A stretch of 64,000 nt of DNA. Origin: Vairimorpha necatrix. Taxonomy: Eukaryota. How positions within the stretch are numbered: position 1 is the first letter of the stretch; each line of letters opens with the position of its first letter. The DNA lies in the NCBI GenBank assembly GCA_036630325.1, contig CP142736.1, positions 310,001-374,000 on the forward strand, written 5' to 3'. Both the position numbers and the translations under genes were made by a program. The notes under the pieces were generated by a model. It saw only the letters and a program-made list of their open reading frames with translations, ran no database searches and had not been told where the DNA came from. Below are positions 45,578-58,972 of this stretch, piece after piece.

Positions 45578-47195
45578 ATGATTTTACACTCAAAAAAAAT
45601 TGGAGTTATTATTAGTATTATTGAACTTATATCTTTGACTTCTTTATTAATACTTACAGAAATAATATTTGATCATTCTATTATATATGCATCATTGGCT
45701 ATATTTTATATGTTAATTACACTAGTAGTATCTACTTTCGTGTATTCGTTGGTAAAAAATACTATTTATAATGCTCTAGTCTCTTTTATTTCTCTAATTC
45801 TTAGTGTTATAATGACTATAATATTATTCTTTAAAAAAACAACAGTTAGATTTTATTTTATAAATTCAACATCCGCGATCGTTTTATTAAATGCACTAAA
45901 TAACAATGATACAAAAATAATTATGAAAACCGAAAATGAATACACAAGTAAAGACGCAGTAACAATACTATTGTACCACGATGAAAAAAAATCACAAATA
46001 TTTTATCAAAAAGACGAGATTTCAAAAGAAAAAATAAAAGAAATAAAAAAACAATATAAAACAAAAATAATGAATGCTTGTAGTAAGAGAAAAGATTTAA
46101 ATGTCCCTGTCACTGTACCCTTACATTATTTAGATCCCCACATAAATCCCGCGACATTAATAGAATATAATGCTATTGTGATTGATCAAATTCATTTTTC
46201 TAAGTTTAAAAAAAACTTATTGATTATAGTTGAAGTTCCTGATAAAAAAATATCTAAAGAAAAATGGATATAAAAATTTTTTAAAATACAATAAAAGCAA
46301 AAAAATAGAAAAACTATCAATATCCTATAAAAATAATACTTATTGTGGCTTAAAAAATTTAGGAGCTACATGTTATTTTAATAGTTTTATACAAACAATT
46401 TTTCATATTACTGAATTTAGAAAAAAAATTTATGAATGTAGACCGTTTGGAATAATTAAGCATTTACAAAATTTATTTTATTCGATGGAAAATGAAAAAG
46501 TTTCTAATCCCGAAGATTTAGCCAGATTAATCATTGATAATGTTAGAATTCACGAGGATATTAATGAATTCTCATTAAAATTTTTTGATGTTCTTAGCAA
46601 CGAAACAAATAATAAAACAATATATGAAGCTCTTGATTTATTAACAGGAACTATAAAAGAGACGCGCATGGAAAACGATAAACAAGTTAGTGAAAATTCA
46701 TATCCTTTTAAAAATATTTTTTTACCGATAAGTAACTCTGATGGAACAATTATTGATAATTTACAAGAATCTTTGATTGCAGAATTTACAAATGATAATA
46801 AATCAAAAAAAGAAATAGAAAAAGCACCAGAGATTTTATTTTTACTTATTAATCGATTCATTGTGGATAAAAAAAGAAAATCATTTGAAAAATATAACGG
46901 ATTGTTTAAATATCCCTTGGAATTAGATATCAGCTCATTTTGTGTCGATAAAACAACTAAAAAGATCTATAGACTACATTCTGTTATACTACATAAAGGT
47001 GGGGTTGCCGGCGGTCATTATGTTTGCAATATTCTCATAGATGGTGTCTGGTACAATTTTAATGATGAAATAGTCACTGTCATCAACGAAGAAGAAGCAA
47101 CTAAAAGAAATTTTGGGGGTCCCGGAGAAAATTCTGAAGAAATAGGAAATTTTACGGCTTATTACTTAATATACGTTAAAAAAGAATTAAAATAG
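45578..47195 (+). CDS. Ubiquitin-specific protease (C19) with N-terminal transmembrane region; frameshift at A7 run 46244-46250
   Basis: Cys box GLKNLGATCYFNS and His box HKGGVAGGHY..WYNFND. The USP frame has no ATG before the Cys box; it overlaps an upstream 3-TM ORF that has a GGGGT-ATG start. Confidence 0.8.
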
Positions 47196-48457
47196 ATATT
47201 TATAATTACCTATGAATTTTAACCAATTTCTCAAGCAATTGGAATATTTTATGTTTTTAGTAATTTCCAATTATTATTTTTTAGTATAAAAAGTACATTT
47301 AAAAATTATAAAAATTTTTTATTTATTTTCAATGATACTACAAAATTACCATTAAAGGCGATTAAGACGAGTTAGATATGGATATAATAACTATAAAAAA
47401 TAATTTTAAAATAATTCATAAAGTTCTTGTTGATCAACGAGACGAAAATTGCATCATATTTTTAAATCCTGAAAAATGAAAATGATTTTAAAGGATAAAA
47501 AATGTCTTGTTTTGTAATAACATACAAAAAAATATTTTGAATCATTAGCAGACAGATCAGATTTTTGCTGTTAATTTCTTGCGTTTCTAAGACGCGCCGC
47601 TACTAAATCTGATGTGAATAATGTAAATTCCGATTTGATATGTGTAGGAAATTTTGTTAAATCCTGGCCATGGGCGGATGACCTTGGCTGTAAAAGCTAT
47701 GTCCAAAATTTATGTGAAAAACAAAAACTTTAAACTACCTCTAGAATCTACAGAGTGGCAAAGATTATATTTTAGTGTTAAATCTTGTAAGCTTACTTTT
47801 TAAAGGAATTTAGAGCTATCATGATTTTGTTAACATACACTTAATTTTTGAAAAATAATTTCGGATAAAATTTTTCATTTGACATGTTTTGGAGACATGT
47901 CATGTTGAATAGAAAAAATTTAACTAATTATAAAAAGGTAAAATCATGTTAAAATTATTGTTCGAAGATAATTATTACATTGATATATTAGCATAGTACA
48001 AAGGCAGATTTTAAATGCAAATACATTTTAATTTTTATACAAAATTCAACGAAAAAAAACTATTTAATGTACAGCTTTTAAACTTATTATAAAGCAGATC
48101 CTACCATAAAAACTAAATCATAAATTTAATAAGTTTACTTTTCAGATTCAATGTCAATATCAAAAAGATTTTGTGAAATTAATAATGCAAAACATAAAAT
48201 ATTGTTTAATGGTAGAAAGTTATATGATTTTTCTTTTTATGTCTATCACACAGCATAGTTTTTTATGTATTAGCAATTTAAATTTATTAATAAAGGAGTT
48301 GACACCTTTCAAAAATAATTAAGTCGTATTACTTCTATTGAATGCAATTTTTTAAAACATATTTTTATTAAAATTGAACTATAATCACTAATATTTGCAA
48401 AAAAAAACGTTTTTATCATGATACTATAATATAAATAATTTTTTTACAATCTACCCC

Positions 48458-50371
48458 ATGATCAAACAGCAATTTTTCATACCGACAATTGCATTCTTTT
48501 GTATGAAAAATTTTATTAAAACTATTGAAATTGCCAAAGAGACCAGTGAAATGATTGACCAAACTCTGGATACATATTCTAGCAATTTTGTAAAAAAGCA
48601 TGATAATATTAATGAGTTGAAATATATAGATCATTCAGGAATTTGTTTTGAAAAAGATATTGAAAAAACTAATAATATTTCTGTATCTAAAATATTAAAT
48701 GATCTGCAAAACGAAAATAGCATATTTGGAAGCCCGTATGAGAACCTAAACGATAAAAAAACGAATAATATTGATTTTTATGTCCTTAAATATGTTTGTA
48801 ATAAGTTTTTTCATTTATTACTGTTGGAAAAGCCCTTTTATAGTAGGTTGCCCAAATTTTATCTTGCTAGAGAAAACACTACCATTTTTCCTGAAGAAAT
48901 GGAGGTAATTTTTTATAACGCAGTTAAAAATCATGCTTGCGGTGAAGAGTTACTTTCATCTGTCAAAGACTCCGCTTATGAATATTTAAACCCTTTTGTA
49001 ATTGAAAGTTTAGAACTTATTTACATATTATCTAGTAATGAGTTTCAAAAATTATTTCTGAAACCATTTGAGCTTGATCGAATATGGTCAGATATTGCCA
49101 AATGTTTTGATTTAAAATATTCAACTAATGAAAAAGGTAAATTAGAAACGATGTTCGAAAGCATAAAGTACAAGAAAATTCTGAATAAACTGTTTAGATT
49201 AGTTAATAAGTCCAATGATAAATTAAATTTTAGCAATAAAACTCGAGATAAGAAGCCCAATTTTTTTAAACATTTGTTTGCCACAGCTTATGGATTAGCT
49301 TTATTGCCCTGTGCGAGTCTGGTGCCATTAGAGAATAATTCACTGCCTAGCGTAAAAAATGTTAATTATGATGCTAACAATGAAATTGAATCGGTATCTC
49401 AACACTCTGTAGTGATAAATGACAATTTTAATGAAATTATTCATAATACAAAATACGGGTACAACAGAGAACTAGAATTACCAATTGATATGCGAGATGA
49501 AAATGAGGAGAAAGAATACATAATTGGAGAAAATGAATATAGTATGACTGAAAGTGAGGACGGTAAAACTTCTAAGACGATGAAAAAATCCGACAAGGAA
49601 ACTACAGGTGATTTGAATGCGATCAGTTCAACAATAGAAAATTCTTTTGATAAACCTAGCCCAGAAGAAGTTTCGTCTACTCATTACTTTTTATCTACCA
49701 ACAAAAAGATTACGAACGAGGAGGATTTGACTGTTGTTGATAATACACATGCTTCTTTATCACCTTATATTGAAGCTAATAGTAAGACTAATAATAATTT
49801 TAACATAGATCTGCCTTTTACAATTACAACCGAAGTAAACAAAATGGTTAAAAATGAAAAAAATTATATTGACCTAAAAGAATCAAAAACAAAAATGCCG
49901 GCTAAAGGAAAAGAAAGGAGCAAAAGAGCACCGAAAGGATATAGATATAAATTCAAATTTAAACCTAAATTTAAACCCAGTAAACCAGCAAAAACTGGTG
50001 GAAGCAACCTTAAGCCCTCTAAAAACGGAGGGAAAAGTGAAGGTATCCCCAAACCAACGAAAAACGGAGGGAAAAGTGAAAGTAAACCCTCTAAAGGTGG
50101 AAAAGCTGGTAAAGGTCTTTTTAAGAAGGGAGGTAAGAAATTAAAAAATCCTTTTAAAATGCCCGATTTCAATTTAAAAGAATTTTTCAGTAGAATATTT
50201 GAACTAATAAAGTCTGGTTGGTATATAGTGCTACCAATAATAGGTATCATAATTTCTATTATTGGCGCACTATGTCGTTTCTTTGGTAAAAAACTTTTCA
50301 AATGTTGCTGTTGCAAGAAGAAAAAATCTGACGAGGATAAAGAAAAACTTATACCAAATGAGAAAAAATAA
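48458..50371 (+). CDS. Type I membrane/surface protein, paralog A
   Basis: Signal-like N-terminus, domain shared with 60352 ORF, Ser/Thr-rich then Lys/Gly/Pro-rich region, TM, KCCCCKKKK tail; AATCTACCCCATG start. Confidence 0.85.
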   Translation: MIKQQFFIPTIAFFCMKNFIKTIEIAKETSEMIDQTLDTYSSNFVKKHDNINELKYIDHSGICFEKDIEKTNNISVSKILNDLQNENSIFGSPYENLNDKKTNNIDFYVLKYVCNKFFHLLLLEKPFYSRLPKFYLARENTTIFPEEMEVIFYNAVKNHACGEELLSSVKDSAYEYLNPFVIESLELIYILSSNEFQKLFLKPFELDRIWSDIAKCFDLKYSTNEKGKLETMFESIKYKKILNKLFRLVNKSNDKLNFSNKTRDKKPNFFKHLFATAYGLALLPCASLVPLENNSLPSVKNVNYDANNEIESVSQHSVVINDNFNEIIHNTKYGYNRELELPIDMRDENEEKEYIIGENEYSMTESEDGKTSKTMKKSDKETTGDLNAISSTIENSFDKPSPEEVSSTHYFLSTNKKITNEEDLTVVDNTHASLSPYIEANSKTNNNFNIDLPFTITTEVNKMVKNEKNYIDLKESKTKMPAKGKERSKRAPKGYRYKFKFKPKFKPSKPAKTGGSNLKPSKNGGKSEGIPKPTKNGGKSESKPSKGGKAGKGLFKKGGKKLKNPFKMPDFNLKEFFSRIFELIKSGWYIVLPIIGIIISIIGALCRFFGKKLFKCCCCKKKKSDEDKEKLIPNEKK

Positions 50372-50968
50372 ATATTTTATCATATTTTACTTATATACAT
50401 CTTAATATACTTATGATATACAAGCAGGTAGATAAATGAAATAACGTATCGAATTCTAATAGGAAAAAAAATATTTGTAGTATTTGTTAGTATAGATCCC
50501 AAAATCTAAGTTTTTGTGGTATTAATATAAATTATACTTTTCATAAAATGTCCATTTTTTATAAGATCATAGTCAGACAATTTAAATACTTATGAGACGC
50601 TATTGTCAATGCTTGAGCTTATAATAGATAGCGAGCTGAATTTCGGCGATTTTAATTGTTGAAAAGAGTAGATGAGTCTAAACGAAATTGCATATTTTTT
50701 AAATAACTTCTTTTTTTATTTTATATTTGTTTCTGAAACAATGGTTTGTGATAACCATAGTGGAATGGACACACTTGTGGTAAAACTGTTTGATATGTGA
50801 TTAAAAACGATAATTGGGAACTAGAGTTACAACAATTATAATAACAAATTTAATGGAAGGAGAGCATTGGAGAAAACCTAATGTTTAATATGAAAAAAAT
50901 AGTTTCTAATAAGATTACAACATGATTCAATTTGTATGAAATAAAAAGAATATTGTAAAAAAAGTTTA

Positions 50969-53900
50969 TGTCTTTATTTATCATAATAGTGGGTAGAAAT
51001 TATACAAATATATCACATCCCCACTCAAGACGGTTAGTTCCATATAATTTTCAAATCTATCCCAATCATACATTTCAGATCATAATGTCTCTTCTTCCCA
51101 GGCCTACCATTACTAAGTTTTACAATATAAGAATCTTTTCCACACTTTTCAACAATTTTCCCTATATCCAAAAATCTTCCTTTTTCATACTTATTAACAC
51201 CTGCCAAATTTTCTCGTTTAGCTATTCTTACCAATTGACTTTTACTAAATTTTTCAATCTTTCCTTTTCTAAACCTATTACAGTATTTCCCTATAGGGCT
51301 ATTTTCAAGCATACGTCTCCAGTTTTATCTTAAGTCGCTTCTATTGGTGTACATTTTATTCCTGCATGATAGCTCTGATTATATATCGATACTTTTATAA
51401 ACTTTACCTTCAAAAGTTTGCGCTTCCGACTTAAAATATTTTCTCTCAGTTTCTATAACACGCTCTACTCTACCGTTACTTCTATGCGCTTCTATGATTA
51501 TTGTTGAAGTATTATATCCAGATCTCTACAAATTTTTATAAATTCCCGCCAATAAACTCTTTCTCGTTATCTGTAATATTTCTTTCGGTTTCTTCCCTTG
51601 CTCACATAATCTTTTCAAAAATCCAAAAACATTATTACTTGACTTGTTATTTATGACTTTTTTCCATACTCTTCGTGTAAAATAATCGATAGCAACTAAA
51701 ACATATTTCTTCTCATTTCTAAAGTCTATCAAATCTAATGCAATCTTCTCTAGGTATCTCGACGTATCAACAAATTTACAACCATTTATATTTTCCTGTT
51801 ATATATCTGACATTTCTGACACTGTTTTAAAACCTCGTTTATTTCTTTCTTTACTTCTGGCCAATAATATTCCTCTCTCATTGCATAATAAACACTTGGT
51901 ATGCGTCTGTGGTCTACCTTTTCAGAATATTTTTGGTTAATTGTCTTCTAATATTCTCCGGTGGTATTTCAATTTTACGTCCTGAATCAAACTTATAATA
52001 ATGATTTAAATTCTCAGAAGAAACATGTGCCTTCCATTTACCTTCTGTTTGCTTGATTGTTCGCTATTGATTTTTCATTTGTTTAATATCCTCTTCCATG
52101 TTTATTCGACTCAACGCATCTGCTACCACCATCTCATAAAGTTTTTTTATATATAATGCTAAAATCACATTTCTGTATTCTTTCGATTAAGCGATTTTAT
52201 CTGTTTTTGTTAAAAACGATTTGTTTCTTATCTCCGCCAGTGTTTTGTGATCCGTTTCTATCTTGAATTCCTACCTTTTACTCGTATTTAAATTTATCAA
52301 TGCCCCAATATATCGCAAGCATTTCTTTTTCTGATATGCCATATCTTACTTCTGTCGGTGTTAGCTTTTTTAATGCCCATTGAATAGCAACAAATTCTCC
52401 ATTCTTCTGAAGTAATACCGCACCTAATCTCAAGTTGCTAGCATCTGTTCTTGGGATGAACTCCTTATTATAGCCCGGCAATCTTAGTCTTCTCATAATT
52501 CTTAAAACGCTTTTCATTTTTGTAAATTCCTCCCCCATCTCTTTCTTCCATTTCCACGAATTGCCGTTTTTCTATATACTATCAGTAATTTCCAATGTCA
52601 ATCCGGCATAATCCTTTATAAATGGTCTGATCCGCCCAGTTAATATTAGAAGCCTCCCCTATTCCGTCAAACTTTTCGGTTCTGGATACTCAAGGGCCTC
52701 ATTTTTCTTTATTTCGTCAGTCATCATGTGTTTCATTCAACGTCACACCTAATAATTTTACTTCCTCTTGTCTAAAGGTATTTTCGCACTCCTTAATTTC
52801 ATTTTATGTCTCTAATTCATTTTAAAACCTCTATGACTAGTTCATCGTGTTTACGTTTATTGAAGGCATGTATTACTATATCGTACATGTATATCTCAAC
52901 ACCATTCCTTCGCAAATCCCCCCAAAACGTATTCATCGTCGCTGTAGTATCTGTAAGAAATTTATGTATCCCATCACCATACTATTCCATTCGTAAACTT
53001 TTTTATTAAATTCAAACGCCGTCTTATGTTTATCTTTTTCTTCGATTTTAAAATAGTAAAATGCTTCTTTGCAATCAACAACAGTAAATATCATCGAACC
53101 TTGCTAACTCTTATTATTTATCTCATATTAGATAGCTCATATGGTCTTTCTTGACTAATTCATTCAAACCATTAAGTTACTAACTACTATTACTTCGCCA
53201 CTTGGTTTTAGTATCGCTTTCGTTGGATTTATCCATTTCGACTACGATCTTCATATAATCTTTCTTTTTTCCGAATCATAAATATATTCCTCTAACTGTT
53301 TATTTAAAGCCGCGGGATCGCCTGGCCCTTTCTGACCATTTTCTTACCCTCTGGAGAATCTATCTTACACTTCTCTAATATACAATAGCCTTAACCTCAT
53401 CTCATTGTTCAAAAACTTCTTCATGTTTCGCTGAGGTCTCCAACGTAAATTCCTTCTTCAGTAATCTTCTTTTGTCTCTTTACTGCACGCATATATTCTT
53501 TCTATCTGTCTTCTATCACTATTATTATATTTCTTTGACTTAACTCGTTTAATCTCCATTATTATCATCACCGCTACTACAACTTTGACTTTCGTCTAAC
53601 TTTTAATGCGATTTCAAATTGTAAACATTTTCCTGATTATTGTTCCTTCCTACATAGCAGTTCCTAGCCATATGGCCAAATTGTCCACAATTAAAAAAAT
53701 TACTGTTTCTTCTTGTTTCTTGTACTGGATTCCTTATAACTAAATTTTTCTTGCATTTCTTTTCTCATGGTTTCTCTAAATTCTCAATTATAGCCTCCAT
53801 AATTTCTTTCAATTTTCTTCTTCTTTTTTTTTGTGTCTTTCTTCTTTACACATTGCCTCCTATAATTTCTCAATTATTTTATAATATTTGTCCACTTTAC

Positions 53901-54133
53901 TAATTCTTTCTACCATATTATTTTTTATTTCTTAACTTCCTTCTATAACTATTCTCTGCTTCCACAAACTGGAATCTACTTCCTCCATCTCTAACTTATA
54001 CAAAGTTCTTCTAACTTCCTTCGTAGCTTTTTGGACTCCAGACCACAGTCCACGCTTGTAAAAAACGATTCGGTATCGCCCCTATGTCTTTATTTATCAT
54101 AATAGGGTGTAGAAATTATACAAATATATCACA
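50969..54133 (-). mobile_element. Decayed Ty3/gypsy retrotransposon with 49-bp LTRs
   Basis: LTRs 50969-51017 and 54085-54133 (47/49 identical, TG...CA); PBS-like TAGGGGCGATACCG; PPT GAGTGGGGA; TSD GTTTA/GTTTT. Remnants of gag knuckle NCGQFGHMARNC, RT, RNase H TDASN..YGISEKEMLA and integrase VAIDYFTR. Confidence 0.92.
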
Positions 54134-55299
54134 GTTTTTATAATTCAAAAATATACTTTCAATCCTACCATAAAAATTAACTTAATTTTTATATTATAAA
54201 ATATGACTAAAAGTACGAACATACTCTTGGATCAATGACATAAAAATTAATTAAAACCCCATTTTTGATCAAAAACAACGTAAACTTATAGGAAAAAAAT
54301 GAATATTATCTGTAATGCATTCTATAATTTTATTGTATGTCTAGGGCGATAGCTATAAACCTTTTAACATTTTTACTTCATTATTTTTATGATTAAAATA
54401 TGCTTTAAATCCATATCACTATTTGAGGAAAGATTATAAAGCTCCATTTATTGATCAAAAAAAGAAAGTATGTATGATGTTGAAATGCATGATTAATCGA
54501 TCTCTTTCAAAAATTGTAAGGCGCAATCTACACGAGAGTACAGACGGCATGAATTTTATAATATCTTAAATATTGTAAAACTTAACAACATATAACAAAT
54601 TTTAATTATATAGGAATTTAAGGTAGAAATATGCTTATAATTTCATTTTATAATAAAATTTTGGTTGTATCAGCCTCATAAATATCTTTAGGCTCTAGAA
54701 AAAATCCCGATAGATTAGATCGAGAATTTAGGGGTTTCCCTCGGTCATTTTTGAAACCAAAATAGACAGAATTAATATTTAAATAAATATTTGAGTGAAT
54801 TTTGACATAGCAGAATTAAATAAACATATCCTCTTTGTAACTTTATAGAGTTTTTATGCCAAAAATTGCTTTTTTTATGACTTCGGTGCGATGATGGGCT
54901 AAACCTGTAAATTTGTTTTTCTTCTCTCTATTAATATTTTTATAGAAAATATGACTATGTAAAAAAGAAGAAAGGGTATTACAACCCTCGTATGTAAAGA
55001 TCGTTCAAATTTAATTTTTGCATAAAAATAAAAATAAAAAAAATGTCGAACTATAAAATAACAGAAATCGCCGACACTATTTATCATTTAAAGCGATTTA
55101 TAAAATGTGATTATGTACATTTTTTGATTTATAATTGCGTTATCATTACTAAATTATTTCTTATGTCACATTTGACCTAATTTTAATAATTATTTTTACC
55201 GTTCGGAGCGGACCCCAGGGAAAATGCTCGCACGAAAAGGGTAAAAAATAAAAAAAAACGTTGGTATTTATTGTAATTTGGATATAAATTTCTTTAATT

Positions 55300-56650
55300 T
55301 TAAGGGCATGAAAATAAAATTGAACAACAATGGAAGACAAGAAGTTTTTGTCTTTCAACAGGCTGGTTTTGTTCCAACAAGGTTGGTTAAAAACAATAAA
55401 GGATGGCTTTTATGAAAAAAGCAAAAAAAATTATCGTTCTTAAAGATGTAATTAATGGTATCACATAGCTCACGGTGAGATTTAAAGTAGGTCTATATAA
55501 TATATCAAGATTCTTTGCCACCCTCTAGCAACGCTTTTAAATCGAATATTTAAAATTGATCCACGTCTCAAATGGGCATGCGGGACGGGACAGATTGTTT
55601 CTATTATTGCGAACAAAAGTCTACGACGCAACACAAAAAGATATCCAGAGGGTCTTGAATAGCTGTGATATATGTCAATCAAAGAGAAATCTAGTAACTA
55701 GACCAGTCATTAGACCAATTGTAGTAAAGTATCCAAGGGAAAGATATGTTGCAGACTTGATTGATCTCCGGCTATATCACGAACTCAACGAAGGATATAA
55801 ATGGTTATTGAATATTGTAGATTCTTTTACAAAATTTTGTTGGACGGTACCACTATATGACAAATCAAGTATTAGTGTAGAGAATGCTTTTGAAACATTG
55901 TTTAGGACGTTTGGTTCTTGTTATATACTTCATACTGATAACGGCAGAGAATTAGTAAATCAAACACTCGTCGATTTATGTCAGAAATATGAAATAAGAC
56001 ATGTAAGGGGGAGAGCTAGATGTCCATGGATACAAGGACAGATAGAACGATGCAATCAAACTTAAAATGGATGATTGCATCTAATCTCAGGACAAAAATA
56101 TTTTGGGTCAGTGGACCAAAGTACGAGAAGAAGCTACCTGGTCTTATAATAATTTAAGACACTCTACTACGAGACAAACACCATTCTCTCTGATGTTTGG
56201 CAGACCCATTACGGACATAATGGACGAGTCTAGAATCATGGGTATTCTAGAATCGATTAATATCAGAAATCACTAACAAGAATGTGAAAACGAAAAACGC
56301 GCTGAAGAAAGTTTATCAGATGTTCTAGATCGCAATACCAATTAAGAAATACAACAACTATATGCTCTTAATAACACAAACCTTTTTTTTAATAAAATTT
56401 ATCATGACGCAGCTAGAATTCATACACAAACTGCTGCAGAAAAAATGGTACAAAGAAGTATGTGGAGAAATGATTTCTTAGTATTTAAAATAGAAGATAG
56501 AGTCCTTTAGGACCTTTATTTTACAACGACTTCAATACCAGAAAACATTCTTTTTATGAACATTTAGATGCAGAAATCTATCTTGTTATAGACATAATGC
56601 AATTTATGTAGATAAATTGTGCAGAGAAAATGATTATTTAAATACTATAG
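55300..56650 (+). mobile_element. Ginger-like retroviral-integrase-type DDE transposase pseudogene (boundaries approximate)
   Basis: H..NGHAGRD...CDIC zinc motif, ADLID, VDSFTKF, LHTDNGRE, QGQIERCNQT; no adjacent RT. Confidence 0.75.
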
Positions 56651-57053
56651 AAGAAATAAGGGCTAAAGTGCACTTTGGCACGCAAAATTCGATATAGGGT
56701 TTTTTGTTTTTTTACTCTTTTTAAAAAATGATGGAGAGGATTTTATAGAGAGAAGAATTGGAAATTATATATAATGATTTAATAATGAAATTTCAAAATA
56801 AATGTTGTGATTTATTCTATGGTAGAATGAGAAAAGACAGTAGTACCTTAAAGTGTACTTGGAAAGATTGTAAAAAATTAATTTCCATTAGGCATGATAC
56901 GTTCTTTAATAATTGTAAACTTAACCATGTAACATGTTTACAATTACTTAATAAGTGGGTTCTCGGTTATTCTCGTAAACATTTTTGTCAAATTTTGAGT
57001 TGTACGAAATAATCAATATCTTTACCATTGAAAAAAAACTAAAGGAAATATGC

Positions 57054-57402
57054 TGTCATGTATCCGGGGTACATGGCCATTTTTATAATATCTCTCTAAA
57101 TAGTTTTTAATGTAAATATGTTTATTGATGGTTTTAGTCTCGCTCTTGGATTCTATATATTCCATACCCTTCACAGACAGACTTTCTTTTATAGTTTATT
57201 TTTAATTTAAAGATTCTTGTCAACACTAAACTACAAACATTGGCGTACTTACGAATGTAGTAACGACCATGCAACTTTCGTTTGTTTGTTTGTTTGTGTG
57301 ACTCATCTTGACATGTAACTGAAATGCTTGACATGTCTTTGGACATCAGCGACAGATGACATATTTGACATCTGTTCATGTGATGTAGCAATGTACATCA
57401 CA
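57054..57402 (-). mobile_element. Solo LTR, family 1
   Basis: TGT...ACA ends, perfect 5-bp TSD TATGC, homologous to 58973-59344. Confidence 0.9.
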
Positions 57403-57581
57403 TATGCATTTACGATAAATATTTATCTTCTCTAAACGTGCTGGGTGGAGAAGGGATAATAGTAGAAATCGACGAGTCAAAAATAGGAAAAACTTAAATA
57501 TAAATGAAATAAATTAGTGAAAGGCTTCTGGTGTTTTGGTATGGTCGAACGAACCATAGAACGTAGAATAATAATGGTACA

Positions 57582-57890
57582 TGTCAGGCGACGAACCTAC
57601 GCCGACAATAAGAATCCCCAAGTGTGAATGATTCTTATTTAAAATGAATGTGAAAGATGATATTAATGACAGGTGGTTATTTAATATTGGGCGTGAGCAT
57701 TTAGAGAGTTACTTCTATCGCTGCAATTTACTCTTTTCGGAATAGACCGTCATAATGATCTATTCCAAATATTTCCTATTTATTTATTTTCCAGCCCTTA
57801 CCCGTCATCATAAGTTAAGGACACAATCCAAATAAATCTATTATTGATACTCCGTCTAATATTTTAGATCAGACCTCGTGTCTGATCACA
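57582..57890. mobile_element. Solo LTR, family 2
   Basis: TGTCAG...CTGATCACA ends, perfect 5-bp TSD GTACA; Merlin reading frame resumes after removal. Confidence 0.85.
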
Positions 57891-58972
57891 GTACATATAA
57901 AAAAAGAAATAAAGAAATACTTACTGATCTTTTATTGAATTAAATAAGAGGAAATACCATTATATATATAGCGAATTGTGGAGATCCTACAATTCTTTGG
58001 GTACAATATTTAATTAACATCATTTGGTTAATCTTTCATTGCACTTCGGAGATCCAAATACAAAGGTATATACCAATACCATAGAAAGGAATTGGTGATC
58101 TTGAAAAATTCCATATCAAATAAAAAGAGTCGTTCGACGCGCAAAGCATTATTTGTTTAATATATCCTTTAAATTTATTTAACAACCCCATTGTTAGAGC
58201 TTATTTACATCATTCATGTTATTTTTTATTTTTGTTCCTTCCTCATCATTTTCTTTCCTTCAATTTCTAAAAAGGACAAAAAACTTCTATATTGAAATTT
58301 TGTAACTAAAACTGACTTTAGTCAATATTTTCATTGTAAACATATTTATATTAATTTATGATTTAAAAAACGGGGTTATGGCTTGCAATTAGATTTTTAT
58401 GGCATAAACAATAAATTGTCCGTTTGCTACTTTGTTGATTTATATAGCAGATCAAAGATAAAACTAAAAGTCTTAGTATTTCAAACATCATTGAGTCAAT
58501 AATAATATCAAATTTATAAAATATGATACATTGACCTTATAAAAGTAAAGATATATCTTTTTATATGGAGTTATTTCTTACAAAATCATATATAACAATT
58601 TAATATATTTATAATAGTATTGATTACATATAAATAGAAAAATCTTATATTATCATATTTCATATGCGCCTTTCTAAATTTTTTTTTGATTGCGTTTCTC
58701 GTCGTTTTTTTTAGGATATTAAAATCAAGGTTTAAAAATAAATGTTTGTTTATATGTTTAAGGTGTTCTAAATGAGAACGCCATTGATGTGAAAAATTGA
58801 AATATGTATAAATAAAATTTTTCAATATCTTATTGTATAAAATTACATACCATAAATTATGCCATTTTTAGATTCGTAAGGATAAGATGTTTGTGTAAAT
58901 GGTAAGTTTCCTAAATCCATGCATCGTAAAGATAATATGTTAGATGCTAAAAATGTGACAGATAAATTTAAG

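Larger units (their letters stand above)
56661..58323 (+). mobile_element. Merlin (IS1016-like) DNA transposon, decayed, interrupted by two solo LTRs
   Basis: CTWKDCKKLISIR..TFF, LGGEGIIVEIDESKIGK, WCFGMVER, LWRSY, DPNTKVYTNTIERNW. Left TIR GGCTAAAGTGCACTTTGG; degenerate right TIR ending ACTTTAGTC. Confidence 0.88.

Noticed and set aside
55164-58960. TGTCACATTT / AAATGTGACA as Ginger TIRs
   Set aside because: Only a 10-bp match and no matching TSD
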